Assembly (NCBI GenBank): GCA_902488785.1
Contig: CABTXJ010000002.1
Span: 1-33,978, forward strand
DNA: 33,978 nt
Source of the DNA: an uncultured Eubacteriales bacterium
GTDB taxonomy: Bacteria > Bacillota > Clostridia > TANB77 > CAG-508
Direction of reading: 5' to 3'
Shown piece after piece: positions 27,867-33,978 of this stretch. The position numbers and the translations under genes were made by a program. Position 1 is the first letter of the stretch, and each line of letters begins with the position of its first letter. Below the pieces are notes generated by a model. The model did not search any database and was not told the origin of the DNA. It worked only from the letters and a program-made list of their open reading frames with translations.

Positions 27867-28979
27867 ATGAAAAAATATAAAAAAACAATATCATTTATTT
27901 TAATAATACTTATAGTAATTGCACTCTTTATATTTTTATTTAAAAAACATAGTAATGAAAGCTCAAAAAATGAGGTCGGAATAAATATTGTGCCCACAAT
28001 GGAAGATAATATATCAGATGACAGCTTATGGTGTGGAACTTTTCAATTAGTATGGAATGAAATGAAAAATGAATTTGTTAAAGGTGATATATTATTTTTA
28101 AATGATAAAAATAATAGTATGGTTAAAAAATTAAACGAGGAACTTTTTAATAAAAATATGATATCTGATGATCATTACTATATTAAAAGCGGCGAAATGA
28201 ATTTAAAACTTAAAGAAGAAATAGAAAAAGGAATAAAAGAAAAATTTAATCAAGAAAGTGATGTATTAAATGGTCTTAATTGGCAAAAAGAACTTCCAGA
28301 AAATGGAAAAGAAAAAATAATTAATTATTTTTTCTATACAATGCTATATAGGGAGTTTAAATTTAGAGAAGAGTTTGATAATTTAGAAAAAGGAAAATTT
28401 GCTAATAAATATAATGATGTTGAATACTTTGGTATAGATAAAGAAAACGGAGATGCAACAGGTAAGGCTATTGATGTACTATATTATAATTCAAAAAATG
28501 ATTTTGCAATTAAAATAGCTACAGATACAAATGATGAAGTAATATTTTGTAAAAACCCAAAAGGAAAAACATTTAAGGAAATATATGAAGATATAATTAA
28601 CAAAGCAGAAAGATATGAAGGAACTGGTCGTATAACAGATAGTGATGAGTTCAAAGCACCTAAATTAAGTTTTAATGAAAAGAGAGAATATACAGAACTT
28701 GCAAATAAGGAATTTGAAACTACAAATCCATATGGAAAAGGAATTATAAATAAAGCAATACAAACAATAAAATTTGACATAGATGAAAAAGGTGGAAAAA
28801 TAAAAAGTGAAGCTTTTATTGACATGAAATTAGCAGTACCAACATCTTATGGTGAAGAACCAAAAGAAAATCCAAGATATTTTTATCTTGATGATACATT
28901 TGCATTATTCTTAAAAGAAAAAGAAAAAGATACACCATATTTTGCAGCTAAAATAAGTGATATATCTAAGTTTAAATAA
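27867..28979 (+). CDS. Membrane-anchored serpin-like protein, paralog 2
   Basis: Collinear with paralog 1, roughly two-thirds identical by eye, with long identical nucleotide runs (for example TGGTGTGGAACTTTTCAATTAGTATGGAATGA in both). The predicted reactive-centre-loop segment differs and is about 6 residues longer. Confidence 0.6.
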   Translation: MKKYKKTISFILIILIVIALFIFLFKKHSNESSKNEVGINIVPTMEDNISDDSLWCGTFQLVWNEMKNEFVKGDILFLNDKNNSMVKKLNEELFNKNMISDDHYYIKSGEMNLKLKEEIEKGIKEKFNQESDVLNGLNWQKELPENGKEKIINYFFYTMLYREFKFREEFDNLEKGKFANKYNDVEYFGIDKENGDATGKAIDVLYYNSKNDFAIKIATDTNDEVIFCKNPKGKTFKEIYEDIINKAERYEGTGRITDSDEFKAPKLSFNEKREYTELANKEFETTNPYGKGIINKAIQTIKFDIDEKGGKIKSEAFIDMKLAVPTSYGEEPKENPRYFYLDDTFALFLKEKEKDTPYFAAKISDISKFK

Positions 28980-28987
28980 TAGAATAT

Positions 28988-29317
28988 ATGTAAAATAATA
29001 AAAAAGAACTTCAAATTAAATCTTCTGCTGCAGAATACTTGACTTTTATTGTAGCAAACGGTGATAATCAAGAAGCAGTTGAAATTAGATATTAAGATGA
29101 AAATATTTGGCTAACTCAAAAATGATGGCAACTCTTTATGATGTAGGCGTTTCGACAATAAATCAATATCTAAAAAATATTTGACGATAACGAGCTAGAC
29201 GAAAATACAGTTATTAAGAAATACTTAATAACTGTAAACGACGGAAAATCATATAATACAAAATACTATAATTTCAATATTAAGCACAGTAAGTTCACTA
29301 TGCTTATGAAAAATTAA
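28988..29317 (+). pseudogene. Decayed RhuM-family (virulence protein RhuM-like) gene fragment
   Basis: The conceptual translation gives ...YLTFIVANGDNQEAVEIRY*DENIWLTQK / MMATLYDVGVSTINQYLKNI / FDDNELDENTVIKKYLITVNDGKSYNTKYYNF... This matches the RhuM N-terminal consensus as I recall it. In-frame stops lie at 28991 and 29093. Frameshifts lie in the A-run at 29118-29122 and near 29179-29183. The remaining roughly 230 codons of the family are absent. Confidence 0.6.
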
Positions 29318-29437
29318 TGGCGCATACCTTTCCGGAATGTTCCATTTTTTAATTCATTTTTTCAAAATTTAGTAAGCAAATAATAAAATTAGAAATATTA
29401 AAAAATATTACTTTAAAGTAATATGAAAAAATTATAT

Positions 29438-29466
29438 TTGAAAAAAATGCATATATGCAGTATTAT
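29438..29466 (+). promoter_or_regulatory. Sigma-A-type promoter with a palindrome in the spacer, upstream of 29510
   Basis: TTGAAA (29438-29443), a 17-nt spacer, then TATTAT (29461-29466). The spacer contains the perfect 12-bp palindrome TGCATATATGCA (29448-29459). A perfect 20-bp palindrome ATATTACTTTAAAGTAATAT lies just upstream at 29405-29424. Confidence 0.5.
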
Positions 29467-29509
29467 ATTAATATATATTATGTAAAAAGAAGAGGAGAAA
29501 AAAGAAAAT

Positions 29510-30256
29510 ATGGAAAATAAAGGAAATAAAGCAGGAGCTATAATACACTGGTTATTTACACTAATAACATTAGGATTAGTTGTATTTGCAACTTTTACTA
29601 TGATGAAAAGTAATACATCTGAAAAGGTAGGAAAATTAGAAAGCAAAGTTAATGAATTAGAACAAAAACTTGAAAAATTAAATAGTCAATCAGAAAAAGT
29701 TGAAGAAAATGAATTAAATCCAGTAGAAGCTGCTAAAACAGCATTTGCTGCAATGACAGAAGAATATAAAACTAATCCATCATTATATGAAGCAAATTCA
29801 AATAATGGATCAGAAATAACTGTTGAAAAAATAGAACAACAATTTTTAAAACAACCAGCAATAAAAAACACATTAGATAAAGGAGATTGGAAAATAACAT
29901 TATCTAATGGTGAAACAATTGTTAAATTTACACCTAAAAATACTCAAGAAGAACCAACATTATTAAACTTAACAATTGATGAAAACAAAAAATTTGTTGT
30001 TGTAGAAAAAAAGCAAACAAAAACTAAAATAGAAAAAACAAATGAAGAAAATAGTATAAATACAACAAATAATACAACAAACAATACAAGCAATACTATG
30101 GGAAATACTAGTACTAATAGCACAATGAATAATTCAAATACTATGAATAACCAAAATGGAAATAATACAAATACAATGAATACTAATAATACAAACAACA
30201 TGGGAAATAGTACAAGTGCTCCATTTTCAAGTGGAACACCTATAAAATTAAATTAA
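29510..30256 (+). CDS. Membrane-anchored protein with coiled coil and Asn/Thr-rich low-complexity tail
   Basis: The N-terminus is MENKGNKAG followed by AIIHWLFTLITLGLVVFATFTMM. A coiled-coil segment reads KLESKVNELEQKLEKL. The C-terminal tail is NTTNNTTNNTSNTMGNTSTNSTMNNSNTMNNQNGNNTNTMNTNNTNNMGNSTS. Confidence 0.6.
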   Translation: MENKGNKAGAIIHWLFTLITLGLVVFATFTMMKSNTSEKVGKLESKVNELEQKLEKLNSQSEKVEENELNPVEAAKTAFAAMTEEYKTNPSLYEANSNNGSEITVEKIEQQFLKQPAIKNTLDKGDWKITLSNGETIVKFTPKNTQEEPTLLNLTIDENKKFVVVEKKQTKTKIEKTNEENSINTTNNTTNNTSNTMGNTSTNSTMNNSNTMNNQNGNNTNTMNTNNTNNMGNSTSAPFSSGTPIKLN

Positions 30257-30282
30257 TAAGTAATTGCTTAGTGGAGAAATAT

Positions 30283-30771
30283 ATGAAAAATGATGATGGA
30301 ATGACAGTAATAGGACTTGTAGTTACAGGTTTGGTAATCCTTATACTTGCTATATTAGTATTAAATGTAGCTTTTGGTGAATCTGGCTTAATTTTAAGAA
30401 AGAAAAAAGCAGAAGTTATTAAATATACAGAAAATATAGAAAAAGAAATAGAAAAAAAAGCATATGAAATGGAAGAAGAAGGCAAAGAAATACCTGATGA
30501 AGATAAGCAGAATCACTATATGGCAGAAATGCAAAGCTATATAAATAGTATGGTCGAAAAGAACAATAAGGAAAAGAAAAAGAAAATTGATATTCATATG
30601 ACAAAAGAAAAACCACAAGGCGAAATAGGTAAAACATTAGTAAATGAAAATATATCAGATAATATAATATATGTAGAAATTAAAAATAAAGACTATATGA
30701 GTGCAATAGAAATTGTAATTACAAATAATCAAATAGGAATTACAAAAACAAACGCATATAGGAGTAAGTAA
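30283..30771 (+). CDS. Membrane-anchored hypothetical protein (possible non-canonical pilin-like N-terminus)
   Basis: The ATG at 30283 lies 6 nt after GGAGA. The track uses the GTG at 30271. The N-terminus is MKNDDG followed by MTVIGLVVTGLVILILAILVLNV, then a K/E-rich soluble part. Confidence 0.55.
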   Translation: MKNDDGMTVIGLVVTGLVILILAILVLNVAFGESGLILRKKKAEVIKYTENIEKEIEKKAYEMEEEGKEIPDEDKQNHYMAEMQSYINSMVEKNNKEKKKKIDIHMTKEKPQGEIGKTLVNENISDNIIYVEIKNKDYMSAIEIVITNNQIGITKTNAYRSK

Positions 30772-30796
30772 TAACTTTAACTTAAAACAATAAATA

Positions 30797-30822
30797 AAAG
30801 GGAAACTCCCTTTTGTTTTTTT
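30797..30822 (+). terminator. Rho-independent terminator
   Basis: AAAGGGA (30797-30803) pairs with TCCCTTT (30807-30813), followed by TGTTTTTTT. Confidence 0.7.
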
Positions 30823-30979
30823 ATATGTATTTTTAAATAATTTTTTAAATACTTTTCTTTCTTTTTTCTTAAATATAGAAATAAATATAGTAAGATTGAT
30901 ATGTTGATGATAATATTTAAATATTAATTTATGCATTAATTTATATAGTTTAATGTAAATATAATAGGTGGGAAGTAAT

Positions 30980-31810
30980 ATGTATATATATTTAATAATT
31001 ACAAATATATTAGTGTTTTTTATTGGTAATATATTTGGAAGTATAATGAATATTGTAATATCAAGAAGTTTGAATAAAGAAAAAATAATGAAAAAAGGAA
31101 TATATTGTGACCATTGCAAGACAAAATTAAAAACATATGAAACAATACCATTTTTTAGTTATATGTTTTTACGAGGAAGATGTAGGCACTGCAAGAAGGA
31201 AATAAACAAAAACTATTTCATAGCAGAATTATCTACAGGAATAATATTTTTAATACTATTTAATGCATTTAATCCAACAACATTTTCTAAAATATCAACT
31301 AGCATGTTATCTGCAAAAATGCTATCACTTGCATTTATACCGCTAATACTTGGGTATATGTATATACTATCTGCATTAGATATGATAGATAATAGGATAG
31401 ATAGAAAAACAATGCTATATGGTATAGTAACAGTTGCTTTGTACACAATAACAGATTTAATTGTTCATAAAAGACTTTATCAAATGTCCAAATTATATAT
31501 AATGATATTATTAATATATGTATGCTTAATAATAATACTTACACAAGTGCAATTGGCAAATTACAAGAGAAAGAAAAAACCAAATTATGCAATTGATCAA
31601 ATAATGTATATACTTTTAATATCAATATTCTTTGGTTCAAAAATAATGATTGTATCATTAATTGCAACAACAATTATATATTCAATATTCAAGTTAAAAG
31701 CAAAAAATGAAAGAATTGCACTAACACCAATAATTACAGTTACAACCCTTACTATATATATATTATACCTATATAATATGTGCTATATGCCATTTAGTGT
31801 TTATGTTTAA
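30980..31810 (+). CDS. Prepilin peptidase-like protein (A24 family, PilD/ComC-type) with degenerate second active-site motif
   Basis: The N-terminal zinc-ribbon-type domain reads IYCDHCKTKLKTYETIPFFSYMFLRGRCRHCKKEINKNYFIAELSTG. The first Asp region is LSALDMIDNRIDRK. The second reads NYAIDQIMYILLISIFFGS where G-x-G-D-x-K-L is expected. The ATG at 30980 follows AGGTGGGA. Confidence 0.75.
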   Translation: MYIYLIITNILVFFIGNIFGSIMNIVISRSLNKEKIMKKGIYCDHCKTKLKTYETIPFFSYMFLRGRCRHCKKEINKNYFIAELSTGIIFLILFNAFNPTTFSKISTSMLSAKMLSLAFIPLILGYMYILSALDMIDNRIDRKTMLYGIVTVALYTITDLIVHKRLYQMSKLYIMILLIYVCLIIILTQVQLANYKRKKKPNYAIDQIMYILLISIFFGSKIMIVSLIATTIIYSIFKLKAKNERIALTPIITVTTLTIYILYLYNMCYMPFSVYV

Positions 31811-31875
31811 AAATATTATTGCATTAAATATAGTAATTTTATATAATCTACTTTATTAAAAAAGAAAGGAAAATT

Positions 31876-33312
31876 ATGAAATCTAATTTAAGAAAAACAA
31901 GAATAATATGTACAATAGGACCAGCAAGTGAAAATATATTAGAAGAAATGCTTATGGCTGGAATGAATGTTGCAAGAATAAATTTCTCACATGGAGGAAA
32001 AGCAGAACAACAAGAAAAAGTAGAAAGATTTAAAGCTATAAGAGAAAAACTTAATATATCTGCGAGTTTAATGCTAGATACGCAAGGACCAGATATACGT
32101 ACAGGTATGTTTAAAGAAGAAATAAAAGATGGAGTAAGCCTAAAAGATGGAGACAATATTATCCTTACAGGAAGAGATGTTATATGTGATGGAAAAACAT
32201 TTAGTATAACATACAAAGAATTAGCAAAAGATATTGAAGTTGGAACTATGATACTAGTAGACGATGGACTAATACAACTTGAAGTTAAAGATATACAAGA
32301 TTTAGATATATATGCGCAAGTAAAAGTTGGTGGCATAATAAAACAAAGAAAAAGTATAAATGTACCAGGTGTCAAACTAAATATGCCAGGTTTAAAACAA
32401 AAAGATATAGATGATTTGCTATATGGAATAGAAGCAGGATTTGATTATATAGCAGCCTCATTTACAAGAAATAAAGATGATGTAATGCAAATAAGGAATG
32501 TACTAGATGAAAACGGTGGAAAAGATATTCAAATAATTGCTAAAATAGAAAACCAAGAAGGTATAGATAATATTGATGAAATACTAGAATGTGCAGACGG
32601 AATAATGGTAGCACGTGGTGACTTAGCAGTAGAAGTACCATTTGAAGAAGTACCATACTTTCAAAAATTAATGATACAAAAAGCAAATAATGCAGGAAAG
32701 ATAGTTGTAATAGCAACACAAATGTTAGAATCAATGACAAATAACCCAAGACCTACAAGAGCAGAAGCAAGTGACGTTGCAAATGCAGTATATGATGGAA
32801 CATCAGCAGTTATGCTATCAGGTGAAACTGCAATGGGAAGATATCCATTAAATTGTATAATAACTATGAGCAATATTGCTAAAAATGTAGAAGAACATAT
32901 TAAAAGCTTTGAAACATCTAAAATTGATGATAATAATAATTATGAAACATTAGACGAAAAATCTACATACATAACTGTATCAACAGCAAAAAATATAGGA
33001 GCAGATGTAATACTTGCATATACACACACAGGTGAATCAGTACAGAAAATAGCAGGAATGAAACCAACATGCCCAATCTTTGTTATAACAGATAATAAAA
33101 AAACATATAATCAATTAGCATTAGTATGGAATGTAATGCCAATACTAATTGAAGGAATAACAGATATTGATGCAATAATAGAAGAAGGAATTAAAAGATT
33201 AAAAGATAATAATGTTTTAGATAAAGGTGACACTGTATATATTACAGGAGGAAAAGACTTTATCAAAGAAGCAACAAGAAGCAAGAGAATAGGTGGAATT
33301 GCTATAATTTAA
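31876..33312 (+). CDS. pyk: Pyruvate kinase
   Basis: Motifs are KTRIICTIGPAS, NVARINFSHG, IIAKIENQEG, IMVARGDLAVE and MLSGETAMGRYP. 478 aa. Confidence 0.97.
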   Translation: MKSNLRKTRIICTIGPASENILEEMLMAGMNVARINFSHGGKAEQQEKVERFKAIREKLNISASLMLDTQGPDIRTGMFKEEIKDGVSLKDGDNIILTGRDVICDGKTFSITYKELAKDIEVGTMILVDDGLIQLEVKDIQDLDIYAQVKVGGIIKQRKSINVPGVKLNMPGLKQKDIDDLLYGIEAGFDYIAASFTRNKDDVMQIRNVLDENGGKDIQIIAKIENQEGIDNIDEILECADGIMVARGDLAVEVPFEEVPYFQKLMIQKANNAGKIVVIATQMLESMTNNPRPTRAEASDVANAVYDGTSAVMLSGETAMGRYPLNCIITMSNIAKNVEEHIKSFETSKIDDNNNYETLDEKSTYITVSTAKNIGADVILAYTHTGESVQKIAGMKPTCPIFVITDNKKTYNQLALVWNVMPILIEGITDIDAIIEEGIKRLKDNNVLDKGDTVYITGGKDFIKEATRSKRIGGIAII

Positions 33313-33417
33313 TTAATGAATTAAAAAACAAAATAGAAAAAGTAAGAAGCAAGAAAAAAGTAAAAAGTAAAACGAAAATTAAAAAATAGATAAATATAAT
33401 TATTAAAAAATATGAGA

Positions 33418-33468
33418 AATATTATAGGAAGGATATAAAGATATTATTAAAACCTATAATATTTTTTT
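33418..33468 (+). terminator. Rho-independent terminator after pyk
   Basis: AATATTATAGG (33418-33428) pairs perfectly with CCTATAATATT (33453-33463) and is followed by a T-run. The loop is long (24 nt). Confidence 0.6.
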
Positions 33469-33622
33469 AATATTTATATTTGTATTATTCAATTTAATCT
33501 CATTTTAGTTTAAGATTAAATCATTATACTACATTTTATTTTTTTAGAATATTTTCCCCTGTTAATAATTAGGACTTTATCACTTATTAAAAACACAATC
33601 ACAAAAAAATATTTCAAAATGA

Positions 33623-33679
33623 TTGACAAAATAACGATTAAGTGTATATATTTATAGTAGATAGAGAATGTTCTATCTA
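33623..33679 (+). promoter_or_regulatory. Promoter (TTGACA ... TATATA) followed by a 22-bp near-palindrome
   Basis: TTGACA at 33623-33628, a 16-nt spacer, then TATATA at 33645-33650. The sequence TAGATAGAGAATGTTCTATCTA at 33658-33679 has 9 of 11 Watson-Crick-paired positions. Confidence 0.5.
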
Positions 33680-33695
33680 GAAAGGAAAAAAAGTT

Positions 33696-33978
33696 ATGAA
33701 GAGGAAATTATTTTATTTAATTTTCGCTTTAGCTTTAATAGTAATTAGCTTTTTTTCAATAAAATCATTTGCAAAAGAAGATGGCATAAAAATTGAAGAA
33801 TTTAATTATATTTCATCACAGGATTTGCAAAAAGAAGCTGTAAGTGAAAATTCATCTAAGGAACAGCTAAAATTAAAAAATGGCTTTTCACTAAATGATA
33901 AAATATATAGTGATAAAGCTAATGGAGTAAAGTATAAGCAAAAAATACAAAATGGTAATGTTTATAAATATGATATAA
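33696..33978 (+). CDS. Secreted protein, 5' part only (runs off window end)
   Basis: The ATG at 33696 follows AAGGA. The signal peptide is MKRKLFYLIFALALIVISFFSIKSFA. The frame is open to position 33978. It is absent from the ORF track because it is open-ended. Confidence 0.6.
   Translation, partial: MKRKLFYLIFALALIVISFFSIKSFAKEDGIKIEEFNYISSQDLQKEAVSENSSKEQLKLKNGFSLNDKIYSDKANGVKYKQKIQNGNVYKYDI

Noticed and set aside
27593-27997. 134-aa minus-strand ORF bridging the two serpin-like genes, plus 28484..28825 and 28883..29071
   Set aside because: They lie antisense to conserved paralogous coding sequence. They have no independent signals and are best explained as chance open frames in AT-rich DNA.
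30655-31119. 154-aa minus-strand ORF spanning the 30771-30980 intergenic region
   Set aside because: It is extremely Ile/Phe/Tyr/Lys-rich. It crosses a terminator hairpin and overlaps both neighbouring well-supported + strand genes. No RBS is present.
1-33978. Search for tRNA, rRNA, CRISPR arrays, integrases or transposases and known riboswitches
   Set aside because: There are no GC-rich cloverleaf-sized islands and no regularly spaced direct repeats with unique spacers. No recombinase-like ORFs are present. None of the leaders I inspected (folD-like, pyk, ARH) showed a conserved riboswitch core I could recognise. Infernal and tRNAscan runs would be needed to be certain.

Overview
Very AT-rich contig, roughly a quarter G+C by eye, that looks like a low-GC Firmicutes or Clostridia-type genome read with the standard genetic code. 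Nearly all genes are on the + strand. The first 21 nt are an Illumina adapter remnant, so position 1 is an assembly end, not biology. Most of the window is housekeeping: a partial S11 D-Ala-D-Ala carboxypeptidase, comEA, smc, rnc, ogg, a transglutaminase-like protein, addB, pth, ppaC, a WG-repeat protein, a divergent folD-like gene, a prepilin peptidase-like gene and pyk. A TetR-MMPL-heptad-repeat operon at 19.6-24.6 kb has a clear palindromic operator. The most unusual stretch is 24.7-29.3 kb, which looks accessory. It carries an ADP-ribosylglycohydrolase followed by an uncharacterised 202-aa protein whose C-terminal motif resembles the HhH-GPD/OGG active-site region. Next come two tandem membrane-anchored serpin-like paralogs that differ mainly in the reactive-centre-loop region. 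The stretch ends in a decayed RhuM-family pseudogene. A 69-nt promoter-to-Shine-Dalgarno module (66/69 identical) sits at the same distance in front of both the ARH gene and the first serpin gene. Other oddities:
- addB has a degenerate Walker A and no adjacent addA.
- The FolD homolog deviates at several signature motifs.
- The prepilin peptidase-like gene has a degenerate GxGD motif and follows two membrane proteins with Gly-plus-hydrophobic N-termini.
- Two small membrane-protein paralogs lie on the - strand.
- A (GTAAA)n microsatellite sits in a divergent promoter region.

I saw no rRNA, tRNA, CRISPR array, integrase or transposase. All family assignments rest on motif recognition by eye and need profile or structure searches to confirm.
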